DNA of 64,000 nucleotides from Felis catus (Eukaryota), in assembly GCF_018350175.1 (NCBI RefSeq), contig NC_058373.1:99946001-100010000 (forward strand), written 5' to 3'. The notes below the pieces were generated by a model, which saw only the letters and a list, made by a program, of their open reading frames with translations, did no database searches and was not told the origin of the DNA. A program made the translations under genes and the position numbers. This document shows, one piece after another, positions 11,983-25,489 of this stretch; positions within the stretch are counted from its first letter, which is position 1; every line of letters starts with the position of its first letter.

Positions 11983-13472
11983 CCTCTCACATCTGTCCAT
12001 TTTTCATTACTGACTGTACTCCAGCCATCATTTCTCCTACATTATACAATAGGCTCTTACTTGGTCTCCCTGAACCTGATTATGTCTCTACCCTGAACCT
12101 AGAGATAGATATCTTTTCAAAACTCGAATCTGTTTTGGGATCAGCCAACTCCTACCAACCTTTGCCATTAGGTCTCTCTCATCCCTTCAGATCTCTGCAT
12201 GTATGATCACTACAAGAAAGCCTTCTCAGACACGCTAATCTACATCAGGTTCCTATGCTCTTATGAACCATCTCCTGTCCTTGTCTCATTAATTACATAC
12301 TCATTTGTGTTGTTACATGACTAATGTCTGTCTCTACGAAGAGAGCTCCTTGAGAGTAGGGACAGTGTTGTTTTACTCAACACTGATTTTCACATCTAGA
12401 GGAGTCCTCCTACATGAAACACCTAAACAGTGTGTGAATAAATGACATACAGGAGACTCATATAAGGCTTCAGGTACCCCATCCTATCTAAATACTTTAT
12501 TTTCTGCCTAAAAAACATATAGTAGAATCACAAATACAGATTCTTACTTGTTCTGTAAATAATATATGTAAAGTTCTCCAAAATATGTAAATTGTTAGGC
12601 AGAATGAGATCAAAACCCAAATAAAACAAGAACCACACAACTCAACTACAGAGAGTAAAAAATACATTCTAATAAAAGGAAACCTTAATATTGTATCAAA
12701 GAAGGAAACTGTATCAATTTGGGATATTTCCTAATGTAGGGTATAACCTCACCATATAACTAAAGTTGTAAACTAAAATATTTTAATATTTTGTCACCAA
12801 AAATTTTTAAATATTAAAAATTTTATCTTAAATAATTCTAGATTATACCACTCAGATGCAATAACTTATCACTTCAGATCTCCTGTTAGCTATCTGTTTG
12901 ATAACTCATACAGGGTGCAGTCTGTCTTATTCACCACTATATTCCTGCTGCACAGCACAATGTCTGTTACTTAGTATGTACCCAGTGAAAATTTGTGGAA
13001 TGTACCCTGACATTTCTTCATGAACAAAATTTCATTCTTAACACTAAAGTATATTAAACCTGAATATTGTATGAACATATAAACAAAAATAAATCCTTAT
13101 TCCTTCTGAAATTACATCTGCGAAATGACTTCTCTACAAAGTTCTTTCATCTGTTATTTTAATCATTTCGTCAAGAAATATCTAGTGATACTTATTCATA
13201 CAGAGTACTGTATTATATAATGCCACCCAAGTGTGAAATATAGAACTATTACAAATGCAGTTTTTTCCCTTCAATAGGCATTCTCAACAGGTCTATCACT
13301 GCTAAAAAAGTTATTATTCCTTTGTCCCTGCAGCCCAAGTTGAAAAATTTGATGTTATCTTCAAAACTGAAAAATGAATAAAACGGGGAAAAAAAGTGAT
13401 AAGGCTAACTTATATTAAAGTTATCAATTTAAAATTTTAATTTTTTTCCCTATAAAATGGTTTCAATATTTA

Positions 13473-13673
13473 GGGGCACCTGGGTGGCTCAGCTGGTTAA
13501 GCATCTGAGTCTTGGTTTCAGCCCAGGTGGTTCATGAGTACAAGCTCCGGGTTGGACTTAACGCTGTCAATGCAGAGCCTGCTTGTGATTCTCTCTCTCT
13601 CCTTCTCTCTCTGCCCTTCCCACACTGGCACATTCTCACTCTCTCTCAAAATAAATAAACTTCAAAAATTAAG
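13473..13673 (+). mobile_element. Can-SINE (older subtype)
   Basis: Perfect 20-bp TSD taaaatggtttcaatattta at 13453-13472 and 13674-13693. Confidence 0.93.
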
Positions 13674-13799
13674 TAAAATGGTTTCAATATTTAATCATGT
13701 TTCAACTAGAACAGTCTAATATTCTAAGATGCCTGCAGTATTACATCCTCCATACTTTATCAATGCAGGAATTTCAAACAGTGTTCCTAATTTAAATGA

Positions 13800-13830
<31 letters not shown>

Positions 13831-15113
13831 CAAAAACCAAACAGGTTCTCTAAGCTAGAGGCTAGGTAAGTATAAATACTTGATATTTGCTGCCACCTTG
13901 TGACTGAGGATAAAATATCCTTCATCATCTTCGACTAAGATGAAAAGTGGCTTTTCCCCACAAAGTCAGTGTGAAAGGTTATAGGACTAAATGCCCAAAG
14001 TATTAAAATATTCTAATTTACAAAGTTATAGTATGGGCTTCAATGCAGACCTAAAACACTATAGTTACCTATACATGTCTCTACATTAAGCCCCCTGAAC
14101 TTCTAAAACACTCCATTTATCCAGTATCTAATTACTAAAAGGACTGTTACAAAGAACGTACTAAATGAAAAAGGAAATCACGTCTTGGGTTGGTTATCCG
14201 TTTTTTATTCTACAAACACATACAACTCACAGTCCTGGGACTGAGAGATCAGGTAGGCTCTTTATTTGATCATTAATAGAGAAGAAAGTAAAGGAATCTT
14301 TTTCCATTTTCATTTAGTATCTGACAAATGGGCTGGATGGAGGGATAATTCTATTATTCAGGGACATTATCTAATTATTACTTCAATATGGTTTATATTT
14401 CCCCCCTTTTATTTTCTCTCTTCTAATATTTTGCCAATGAGCCTGGAGAACCTAAAAGAAGAAACTTGAATCTTTCCATAGATTGTAACCATTAAGAAGA
14501 ATCTGAAAGAGAGTAACAGGATTTGCTTTTTTTTAAGAAAAGTTTAGGAATCACAATATCTACAGACTTAATAATATCTTTACTTCAAATAATCAAAAGT
14601 TGGATCAAATGTGGTTAACAAATGAACTGAGGAGAAATTGTTCAAAAGTGATTTTTTAAATCTCTGATGTTTTTATTAATATAGAACATGTTATATTTAG
14701 GACTGACTTTCTGGAAGCAATTTCTTGAGTTTACAAAAGTCCCCAATATATAAATAAGTTGTACACTAGTATATATTTTCCACTAAACTCTACTATATTA
14801 GTTTATGCATTTATTCAACAATTATTAAAAACCAAATATTCTACAGTGTAAGGCAATATGTCAAGTCCAGTGAGCTAAGTATAAGGCATGCTACCTATCC
14901 ATAAAGAACTTACTAAATAATGAAAGAGCCTGTAGGTTAGTGCCCAAAAAAACTATATGTTAAATACACTCATATAACAGCTATGAGAATAAGCCTGTTT
15001 AACTAGAACAACTTCTATTTATTTACAAGAAAAACAGTAGGAAGAAATCATATTACAGATATGAAGCATGATACATTCAATGATTACAAAACACTATCCT
15101 AATCCATCATCTC

Positions 15114-15341
15114 TTTTTTTTTTTTAATTTTTTAATGTTTATTTATTTTTGAGAGAGAGAGAGACAGAGACAGAGCACGAGCAGGGGAGGAGCAGAGAGA
15201 GAGGGAGACACAGAATCTGAAACAGGCTCCAGGCTCTGAGCTGTCAGCACAGAGCCTGATGCGGGGCTCGAACTTACAAACCGTGAGATCATTACCTGAG
15301 CCGAAGCCAGACGCTCAACCGACTGAGCCACCCAGGCGCCC
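15114..15341 (-). mobile_element. Can-SINE
   Basis: Full-length reverse copy; TSD tccatcat(tat)ctcttt at 15103 and 15342. Confidence 0.95.
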
Positions 15342-15525
15342 TCCATCATTATCTCTTTCTTACTAACAAAACTCCTTATGTGTTTGCTGGGATGACGGCA
15401 CAAATATTTTGAGTTCAAGTCCATTCCTTGGATTCCATCATTATCTCTTTCTTACTAACAATATTCCTTATGTCTTTGCTGGGATGATGGCATAAATATA
15501 TTGAGTTCAAGTCCATTCCTTGGAT
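15342..15525. repeat. Tandem duplication, 2 x 92 bp
   Basis: Units 15342-15433 and 15434-15525 align without gaps, with 6 substitutions by manual comparison. Confidence 0.95.
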
Positions 15526-15597
15526 TCTTATTTGCCTACCACTGGATCAGGTTTCATAGAACAGTTAAATGATTGTGGCTATTAAGAAAGGTCCTGT

Positions 15598-15822
15598 GGG
15601 GTACCTGGGTGGCTCAATTAAGCATGTGACTCTTGATTTTGGCTCAGGTCACAATCTCACAATTTGTGAGATCGAGCCCTGCTTTGGGCACGGCATTAAC
15701 AGAGTGGAGCCTGCTTGGGATTCTCTCTTTCCCTCTCTCTTTGCCATTCCCCTGTTCACACACACACACACACACTCTCTCTCTCAAAATAAATGAATAA
15801 ACAAAAAAGAAAAAAATAAAAG
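15598..15822 (+). mobile_element. Can-SINE (older subtype)
   Basis: ggggtacctgggtggctcaattaagcatgtgactcttgattttggctcaggtc head, CT/CA tract, A tail. Confidence 0.9.
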
Positions 15823-15846
15823 AAATATCATATAGAGCTAGACTGT

Positions 15847-16192
15847 ATAATGCTAAATCAGATAAGTCAGTCAGTGGAAAGAAAACTACCATCTGATTTC
15901 ACTCATCTGTGGAGTTTAAGGAAGAAAACAGATGAACACAGGGGAAGGAAAGGAAAAGAAAAGGAGAGAGAGGGAAGCAAACCATGCAAGACTCTTGACT
16001 ATGAGAGCAACTGGGGTTGATGAAGGGAGGTGGGCGGAGGATGGACTGGATGGATGGTGGGTATTTAGGAGGGCACTTGTGGTGAGCACTAAGTGTTGTA
16101 TGTGGGTGATGGGTCACTAAATTCTACATCTGAAACCAATTTTGCTATATATGTTAACTAACTAGAATTTAAATAAAAATTTGAAATAAAAA
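15847..16192 (+). mobile_element. Carnivore L1 3' UTR fragment
   Basis: gatttcactcatctgtggagtttaag...gcaaaccatgcaagactcttgactat...tatgttaactaactagaatttaaataaaaa. Confidence 0.85.
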
Positions 16193-16632
16193 ATATCCTA
16201 GTTCATGAGGAGCTAACTGTATAGCTTTAAGAATACTGAGATCTTGGATCGCTGATTAGACTGTGAGACTGAGTCTTATGTGTCAAATTTTTAAGTGTAT
16301 TCAGCATTTATTTAATAATATTCAATAGTAACTGATTCAGAGTAGGCACTCAATACATGAATCAATTCAGCCAAAAAGATTACTGGATTGACTGTGTGAC
16401 CTGCAGTACTTTATACATAGGCTCTCTACTTTCTACTGAAGACAGTTCTATGAAGAGAGCCAAGACGAATGCTTCTGAGCATTTTTGAAACTCATGGTTC
16501 ATTAATGTAATGTTAAAGACGCAAATATAATTACTTGAAATCTTATGTGATTTTATTCATCTTTAGCATGATATGGTTTTACAAATAGCTACAGCTCAGA
16601 ATCAAATAAGCATGCATACCACATTACAGTAC

Positions 16633-16692
16633 CTTTCAATTTAATTGCCAAATCGATATAGGATTGCAGAAATGCCATGGATACTGCCTGCC
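16633..16692 (-). CDS. TXNDC16: TXNDC16 coding exon, 60 nt (WQAVSMAFLQSYIDLAIKLKG)
   Basis: Acceptor TTTCAATGTAG|GG, donor AAAG|GTACTG; 2+57+1 nt. Confidence 0.95.
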
Positions 16693-17159
16693 CTACATTG
16701 AAACAAAAAATTCAACAGATATTGCAACATGCATATCTCCATCCATATCTATATATTAACAAACATATAGATTGATGGGGTTTCCCAAAATTGTTATTTC
16801 TTAATAAGAAATTCTAATATATAGTCCTCAGTATTATGCAAACATTCAAGAAGATTCCAAATGCAACTAATTTTCTGCACTCATACTGCAAGGAATATAG
16901 TTGAAGGGCTATTATTTGAAGATAAAAGCAATATATTTCCTATAGATCCATAAGAACTGTTAAAATATTAAAATCATTAGCTGGAATCATAATAATTTAT
17001 CTAAGTTAGTAAATTGTTCAATATGTGCAGTCTACCTGGGAACTATGAAAGCTATTACATAGCTGTTACAACAGGCAATATATAGAACGCAAAAATAAGA
17101 TCCGCCAACTTTAAATGTTCTAATATGTAATATCGTCCCCTCTAAAGGTTCATACTCAC

Positions 17160-17303
17160 AACCAGCGTAGAAAAGCACTATGCTATCAGAAGCCACTACT
17201 GTCGCATTAAATGTCTCTTCTGTTAGTTCCACTGTGAGTTCCAAAGGTAACTGTGTCTTCCTATGTCTGTAAACAGTTTCTGCCACTTCATCATCTTGAA
17301 TAT
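17160..17303 (-). CDS. TXNDC16: TXNDC16 coding exon, 144 nt ([48 protein letters not shown]), start of a thioredoxin-like domain
   Basis: Acceptor AACATTTTAG|AT, donor GGTT|GTGAGT; 2+141+1 nt; ORF 17032..17316. Confidence 0.96.
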
Positions 17304-17909
17304 CTAAAATGTTCAAAAAGAAATTAATGTATATATAAATGCATAAATTACATAAATATAAATTCCACTATAGGACAAGCACTGTGATGGACACTAGGGA
17401 AAATAGCAAACAAAACAGATATAGTCCCTGACCACATGGAGTTTCCATTTACCGAAAAGTCAGACAATAAACTGATCACTGACTAAACATATAGTTATAA
17501 ATTGTGTCAGTTTAAGGAAGGAAAATAGTACAATGAGAGATTGTAATAGGGAGATTTAGATTTGGAGATCCAAAGCCTTCCAGCTAGAGAATTTAAAAAA
17601 ATGTCTTAGGCATAAAGAATATTTTCAAAGCCTCTACGACATAAAAGAATTTAGCATATACTAGGTATTGAAGGAAGGCAAATTTGACCAAAACAAGATG
17701 GGATGAAAGAATAAATAGTATGAGAAAACTCTAGGGTAGGCAGTAGCTACATCATAAGAAGCCATATGAGCCAAGAATCTTAGATTTTATTCTAAGTGCA
17801 TCAAGTTATGTGGATTTTGAATATGTAAAAACCTTTCATTAACGTAGACCAACCAACCAACCAGTGGACTCATTCATTTATCCATCCATCCACCATCTGT
17901 GTATGCAGT

Positions 17910-17911
<2 letters not shown>

Positions 17912-17994
<83 letters not shown>

Positions 17995-17995
17995 C
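17912..17995. repeat. Interrupted (CA)n microsatellite
   Basis: Direct reading; two CAAA interruptions. Confidence 0.97.
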
Positions 17996-18324
17996 TTTGA
18001 ATTTGTAAATATTCTGTTGGAGGTTTGTATAGATTATATAGTAACACTGAAGGGACACCTAAATTGATGAGAGAAACAAAGTTTCCTAGAAGCATTGACA
18101 CTAGCTGAATATTAAAAGAAAATGAAACTTAGGTAGGCAGTGAAGGAAGACAGAGGAGGCATACAGAGGAAAGAGAAGAGCATGTGCAAAGGCGCAGTGG
18201 CATGAAAGGGCATGCAACTAGAAATGCAAACCCTGACTGGCTATCTGATGATATTAAAGATTACTGTTAATTTTTTAGATGTAATAATAGCATTAATCAT
18301 GCTCATTTTAAAAGGAGAATCTTT

Positions 18325-18540
18325 GGGGCGCCTGGGTGGCGCAGTCGGTTAAGCGTCCGACTTCAGCCAGGTCACGATCTCACGGTCCGTGAGTTCGAGC
18401 CCTGCGTCAGGCTCTGGGCTGATGGCTCGGAGCCTGGAGACTGTTTCCGATTCTGTGTCTCCCTCTCTCTCTGCCCCTCCCCCATTCATGCTCTGTCTCT
18501 CTCTGTCCCAAAAATAAATAAATGTTGAAAAAAAAAATTT
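18325..18540 (+). mobile_element. Can-SINE, young felid subtype
   Basis: cttcagccaggtcacgatctc...gggctgatggctc diagnostics; perfect TSD aaaaggagaatcttt at 18310-18324 and 18541-18555. Confidence 0.96.
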
Positions 18541-20887
18541 AAAAGGAGAATCTTTGCATTTCTGAAATACACAGGGAAATATTTTGGAGTGAAACTATAT
18601 ATTTGGGATTTGCAACAAAATAATAAGGGGTGGGCCAAGAGTGACTGGAACAAGATAGCCATGAGTTGATGGTAGTTGGGTGGAGCCAGGTAATGGATAT
18701 CAGGAGACTTGTTCTATTCTCCTGTCTACTTTACGGTAAGTTCATAATTCTCTATAATAACACATTACAAAGACAGGAAGGGAGGGAGATAATATAATAA
18801 AAATTGGAAGTATTATTTTCATATGATTTCAAATGCTATAAAATAAAATACTAGATCTGGACAATAGTACATCTCAGCAAGTTTCAGCCATGTGACTAAT
18901 CAGTCACGTTACTCTCCGGGCCTCAGTGTTCAAATCTGAAATATAATAGCTGTACTACACTAACTTAAAGGAATTTTAAAATACCACATTTCATGACACT
19001 AACAAGTTATGACTCTAATACTAAAATTAATAAAGGCCTGTTTTCTTTTTTACTGTATTTTTTCCTTCTTATTCACATATTTTCATTTTCCTTCCAGTCC
19101 TTTCTTATTTCCCAATCTACTCTTGTTCTTCTCTTCTTCCAACACTTTCTTTTCCTCTTTCCTATTCTCTCAATAAGCTACCCTCACTTGTAAATTGACC
19201 CACTGTTTGGCTCTACCTTTCACCAATTCATCAATATATACACACTTTCTTTTAAGCCATACATGTTTAATCCTTTTTCCATATCATCCTTTTACAGAAT
19301 TCAGTCCATTTCATTCTGATTCATTCTGTGCCCATTTCCTTTGAAGGCCATTTTTCTTTGTGTTGTGTACTTACGTGGCAACAAACACTTTCGTAATCCT
19401 CATATACAAATGGGAATAAAACAAGGTTGGGGGGGACTATGTAGATGGACATGACTATGTACACTATTATGGGCCAATATGGATTATAGATGTAGAAAGT
19501 TAAGACACACATACACACACAAAAAACCCTACAACAAAACAAGACTCAAATGGCAAAGGTGTCAAAGGAACTAGGCTGAGGAGAGAAAGCAGGCAGAGAG
19601 TCAAAAGAAAGAGAAGGCCACACCACAGGGAAACTAAGGCCAGACAGTCAGGAAGCAATATAGGGGAAGCAATAAGGAAAGCTTGAAACAAGCAACTCCC
19701 ACTGAGGACAGGAATCTCATTAAGCTGACACAGGGGCGATTCCCTTGACTGGAGGGTGGACTGTATGAACCATGATAGGAATAAAGCTGGGAGCAAGAGA
19801 CCAGAACACAGGTTCCATGTAATGACAATGCTATGGAGAACTCTGGCTTAAACCACAAGCAGTTCCAACCTCTGCATATTAGAAAAAAACTAGAACATAG
19901 CTCAATCCAAGAAACTGGTCACTGGTAACTGTTAAGGCTCAGAGCCCTTATTAAATTTATAATATAGATTTTGATCAAAATAATGAATGGACTTCATGAA
20001 AAGAATATGTAAATTGCTCCCTTCTTAGAGCTCATACTCGTATTATGTAAAACATTCAAGTATACTAAATGAATACAAAAATGAACAAGACATAATCCCT
20101 ACTTTAGAGATATTATAGACTAGTGGATAAGAGAGAAATGTAAGTGAGCAATTACAGAATAGCATTAATCTTATGAAAGAAGTATCAGTAATAATAATGA
20201 TCATAAATAATTTCAAGCCAGAATGTTTAAGTTCTAGACCAGGCTCCATCACGTGCCATTTGTGAGACCTTGGGTAGATCGCTTAACTCTGCTAAAACAC
20301 CGATTCCACTACAAAATGAAGGAGACGTCAGCTGAATGAATGACAGTCGAAGCAAATAATGTTTAGGAGAATAACCCTGAAAGTACAAAATACTTCAAAA
20401 ATATAAGCAATAAGAATAAAAAGAAATATAACATGTTAAAAGAAATTTTAAAATGTTATTGAAATTTACTTCCAAATTGTCAACAGATTTATTTACAAGT
20501 ACAACAATATTTATTCAGATTTCATTTTCTAATAGAAAAAATAAAAATAAAATACAATTTTGTGGCTCCTGGGTAATTTTTAAGCATGAAGTAGACCAGC
20601 AGAGCGGGAAGAACTGATTTTGAAGATAAAGGCACAGATGTGAAAAGCTAGAAGCCTGGCATGCAATAATGAAAGGTATCACACTAAACAAAATACAGCA
20701 TCCTTACGTTTTCCACCAAATAAACTTGATAAAATGTAATGTGAAATGGATTTCATTAGGTTTTTTTCATAGGCTTGACTGTCAAAATATTCTATGAGTA
20801 AGTTAATTCATTGAAATGTCACTGACCTTATGGGTACTGAGCAGGAATGAGGGGAAGTGGGGGAAGGAGCATCACAAAACATATTAC

Positions 20888-21011
20888 CCATATCTGGACT
20901 TTGCATGTCCTCATCTTCATCTTCTTGCATTTCTTCAATGTGTGTATTACCTTCCACACGGGATATTATTAATTCAGTATCATGTAACACCAAAAATTCC
21001 ACTGGCGCTCC
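20888..21011 (-). CDS. TXNDC16: TXNDC16 coding exon, 124 nt (GAPVEFLVLHDTELIISRVEGNTHIEEMQEDEDEDMQSPDM), acidic linker
   Basis: Acceptor GTATTTCTAG|GGA, donor ATGG|GTAATA; 123+1 nt; ORF 20808..21002. Confidence 0.95.
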
Positions 21012-21137
21012 CTAGAAATACATGAATTTTTAAAAACATGACTAAAATATAAGAAAGCATTTTAATAAAAATGTTTTACTTGTTTGATATTAAAATGAAA
21101 CTAAATCTTTGAACTTCAGTTTTAAAATTAAATACAA

Positions 21138-21351
21138 GGGGCACCTAGGTGGCTCAGTCAGTTAAGCTTCCAACTTCAGCTCAGGTCATGATCATGCGGT
21201 CCGTGAGTTTGAGCTTCCTGTCGGGCTCTGTGCTGACAGCTCAGAGACTGGAGCCTGCTTTGGATTCTGTGTCTCCCTCTCTCTCTGCCCCTCCCCCACT
21301 CACACTCTGTCTCTCAAAAATGAATAAATGTTAAAAAAATTTTTAAATAAT
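21138..21351 (+). mobile_element. Can-SINE
   Basis: Full length; TSD attaaatacaa at 21127-21137 and 21352-21362. Confidence 0.94.
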
Positions 21352-22149
21352 ATTAAATACAACAAAAAAGGAAATTCCACAATCCCTATAGAAAGTATCC
21401 AAAGCATACTTTATATAAAGATAGTGTGCACTACTGAAAAAACAAAAATGGGAAAACAGAACTGAAAGTCTCACTTGCTTCTTGTCACAACTACATTATT
21501 CAACTGAAGTCTGAAACATTTCACACATAATGGTATGTCCCACCTCAATATAAAAGGGATATGTGCAATTTTATTGCAAACAGGACCAATCAAAATTATT
21601 CTGATACTCCACAGAAATATTCAAAATAATATCTCATCCTAAAACAATTCCAGTAAAATATTCAATTGCCTGTTTAGCTAAAAATGTAAAACTAATATCT
21701 GCCCCCAGATATTTTAAGAATATTTTAAGACTAGACTATCTAGTCCATTGAGATTAGTCCATTACAATTTCTTTCACTAATACCCAATGATCACATTTTA
21801 AAACCATGAAATTTTAGGCCACTAGATTACTTCAGTAAATAATCCCTGATTATAACCATACATTTGAATAAAGCTATAAAATAACTCTACGTGTATGTGT
21901 TCTCTGATAGCACATATCTTCATCTTTTTAATATTACATTCAAAGCAAGCAATTTTTCACTTCTACAGAAATATAATGGAGTTAAAAGTTTGAGCAACAA
22001 AAGTCAAACTAAATTTGTTTGAAATACACATAGATATTGTTGTAGGATATTTTTGTATTCAAATGCAACATTCACACAGGAAAGAACACAAACTTTAAGT
22101 ATATAGTTTGACGAATTTTTACGAAGTTGATACACTTCTATAATCTCCA

Positions 22150-22800
22150 TGCAGTTGAAGATACAGAACATTATTACCAGCACAGAGGCCACCTTCTTGC
22201 CTCTCCCTGTTATTACCCTCCCCCAAAGGTAATCACTAGTCTTTCATCACCATGTACAATTTTGCCAGTGTTTCAATTTGTTTAATGGAACTATATACAG
22301 TTTGTACTTTTTTGTGACCACTTGTTTTGCTCAACACTACTTGTGAGGTTTACGTTTAAAAGCAGTTTATTGTTTTTCAATGATGTAATCATTACATGAA
22401 TATAATAGTATATATGTATGTATGTATCTAATGCATGCGTTTATCCATTATATTGCTCGTGGACTTGTGTTATTTACAGCTTGGGACTATTATAAATACT
22501 AACTGCTATGAACATTACTGTAGCTGTCTTTTGGTGCACATGTATACGCATTTGTACTTAGGAATGGAATTGCTGGTTCGCATGCTATATGTAGCTGCAG
22601 CTCTAGGAAGCACTGCCAGATACTTTTCCAATTTTCGTTGTACCAATTTTCACTCCTACCAGTAGTATACAAAAGTTCTTGTAACTCTACCTTCCTAAGA
22701 ATCACTTGGTATTGTTACTTTTAAAATGTTTAGCCCATTCTGGTGGGTGAGTATTGGTATCTCTTGTTGTTTTATTTGCATTTCTACCTACAGTTTATTT
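22150..22800 (-). mobile_element. Old L1 (L1ME-like) 3' relic
   Basis: aggaatggaattgctggttc, tgtaccaattttcactcctaccagtagtat, ccattctggtgggtgagtattggtatctc. Confidence 0.65.
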
Positions 22801-23299
22801 GCTAATTGGATAGGGGAAATGCATCTTAGGATGGAGAGAATGAATCGTCCCCACCTTAATTCAGTATTCAAATGTGGTATCATTAAGTGAGAAAACCAGA
22901 CCTCACCCACTTTAAGATAAGATAAAATACAAATAAACCAACATCTTGTCCAAAATACTTAATGAAGCTAGGCAATCTAACTTCCTGTTTTTAGACAACA
23001 TAAGGGAACAGAGGAACAAGGTAGATAACAGCAAAAGGAAACGGACAAATCCAGAATGAGGAAAAACTGGCCCCATTTATCTAAAATGTTAGTTGTTGAA
23101 TCTAGGTAGTAGGTATTTGATTGTTCACTCTATTGTCCTACCTCTTGGTTTGATTTTATAAAAAATTCCAAAGAAAGGAATGAAAAAACTTAGATTTTAA
23201 GATTTTAAATTTTAAAAATTTAGATACGAAGAAAGATTCTAGGCATTAATACTATCCTCATAAAACTATGCTAATGCACAAAGAACTCTTCTCAAAGCT

Positions 23300-23870
23300 T
23301 CTGAATGTGTGTCCTCTCAGCCTAGAACATTCTTTCCCCATATATCCACAGGCATATTCCTTTGCTTTATAGTTACTAATCAGTGAGGTCTTCCAAGTCT
23401 ACTCTCTCACCTTACCTTGACTTTTTTTTCCATTGTCCTTAACACCATCTGACATTCTACCTATACTGGTTTTGTATTTGCCTCCTGCCACTAGTATATT
23501 AGCTCCACGAGGGCAAAAATTTGCTTTTGTTCACTGCTATCTCCTCAGAGCCCAGGACTGTGCATGAAACAAAGCAGGTATACAATAAATACTTATGGAA
23601 TGATTGAATAGATGAATAGTGTTTATTGAGCACTTACAAATGTATTGGCCCTGTGCCAATTTAGCACTTTATATATATTTTTTAATATACTGACCCAACT
23701 ACTCTTTAAATAGATATTGTTATTAACCTTACTTTACAATGAAAAAAAAAAAAAGAGAGAGAGAGAGAGAGACACATAGAAATCGAGTAATTTGCCCAGG
23801 GTTACAAAGCAGGATTTGAACTAGGCAGTAAGATTCTAGAGCATAAACTCTTAACACTATATTGCTAATC
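23300..23870. mobile_element. L2 3' end followed by a MIR relic
   Basis: agctccacgagggca...ttgttcactgctatctcc...caataaatacttatggaatgattgaa (L2 tail), then tttattgagcacttac...gagtaatttgcccagggttaca (MIR). Confidence 0.6.
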
Positions 23871-25428
23871 ACTGCCATAGGGAAAAAAAAAAATTGGAAG
23901 AACTAATGCAATACTAACAGATATGTTTTATACCTTACTATATATTACAAGGCTTGTAGTGTGGTAATATGAGTATACAATACTATCTCTGCAACCACTT
24001 CTATACTTTAAGGACCCTCAAAACCTTTACCTGGAAAGAGAGAAAGAAAGAATGATTATACAATCCCAGGATGAATATTACTGCCCTGAGGAGAAGGTTA
24101 AAAAAAAAAAAAATTGCACTGAACTCAATAAAGAGACTCATAGAAAAGACTATTCTATCCTTTACAGAAAACATCTTTGCAGAGATAGCTATCTTATAAC
24201 CTATCTTACCTCATACTATACAAAATTTTTTATTTTCACAATTTAAGACATCAAAACTGGGAAACGAGCAGGAGCTTTAACTTTTCCATAAAACCTACCT
24301 CCAAATAATAAATATTATAATTTCTCATTTAAGGATCTTGATCGACTAGGAAAAAAATAGCTTCAGAAAGTATGCTTTCCACGACCTGGCTAAAAAGCAG
24401 AGCATACTAGCCACATACTACACACATTGGAACAATACTACAGTTTTTAAAATATTTTCATATTTTGTCTTATAAATTCCTAATAAGTTAGATGGGAAGG
24501 TTTTATGAATATTTCACAAATGAGAAAATTGAGCTTGGAGAAGTTAATTCATTTTTCTGGTCTCAGAACGAGAAGGAACACAACTCAAGTCTTCTGACTC
24601 AAACTAGTATTCATGCCATAGACTTAGGCAAGAGAATTTACGTTTAATCTGTCTGGCAGTTCATAAACATATCAATCAATCTTTAGCATATTTATATGAT
24701 ATTTTGAAATGTTCAGAATTAAATAGTTCTTAAGAAAAATTTAAGAAAAATATAAGAAAAAAAGGGACAATAGCAGAAATTTACAAAGGAAATACAAATG
24801 GGAAATAAGCCTTTAAAAATGTTCAAACTCACTAGTAATCAAAGGCATGCAAATTAAAACAAGAGCTTTGTCTATAGAGAAGATTTTTTTTTTAAGATGG
24901 TAGTGCTCAGTGCAAAGATTTATGAGGAACAAGAAATTCTAAACCCTGCTGGTTTCTGGAGGGCAATTTGACAATGTATTCTATAAACATCCTTAAAAAT
25001 TCCCATTTCCTTTGCCAAATTTCACCTCCAAAAATTTAGCCAAAGGAAACAATCAGTGATGTTCAAGACAGTGTACAAAGGGAGGCATCATAGCACAATA
25101 GCAAGTAATTAAATATGATTTTATGTGAAAAGTAGGTTATAGAGCACGACCCTAATTTTCTTAAAAATATATATATTTTTTTAACAAAATGAGGATATAT
25201 ATATATATATATAGGTATATATACATAGTATATATACCTAGTATATATAGATATGGAAATAGACTAACAAATGAGGGAATATAAATAACACCAAAACGTT
25301 AACAGCAATAATTTTTGAATAGTGGCAATTTACAGAATTTCTTCTATAATAAGCATATACTTCTGACCACATGTATTAACTTTCTTTTAATAAACAAACA
25401 TTGTAGACCAATATATAAAATGACTAAC

Positions 25429-25489
25429 CTCTTCTGCTCTTCTGAAGACCACATTAGCATGCTGAGGAATGTCCACTTCCAAAGAGTCC
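25429..25489 (-). CDS. TXNDC16: TXNDC16 coding exon, 61 nt (DSLEVDIPQHANVVFRRAEE)
   Basis: Acceptor CCATTTTGAAAAAG|G, donor GAG|GTTAGT; 1+60 nt; phase fits both neighbours. Confidence 0.94.

Noticed and set aside
17032..17159. ORF read-through giving FYAGCEYEP, with a Cys at the active-site position
   Set aside because: This is intron sequence after a consensus GTGAGT donor; the spliced frame continues as W-QAVS.
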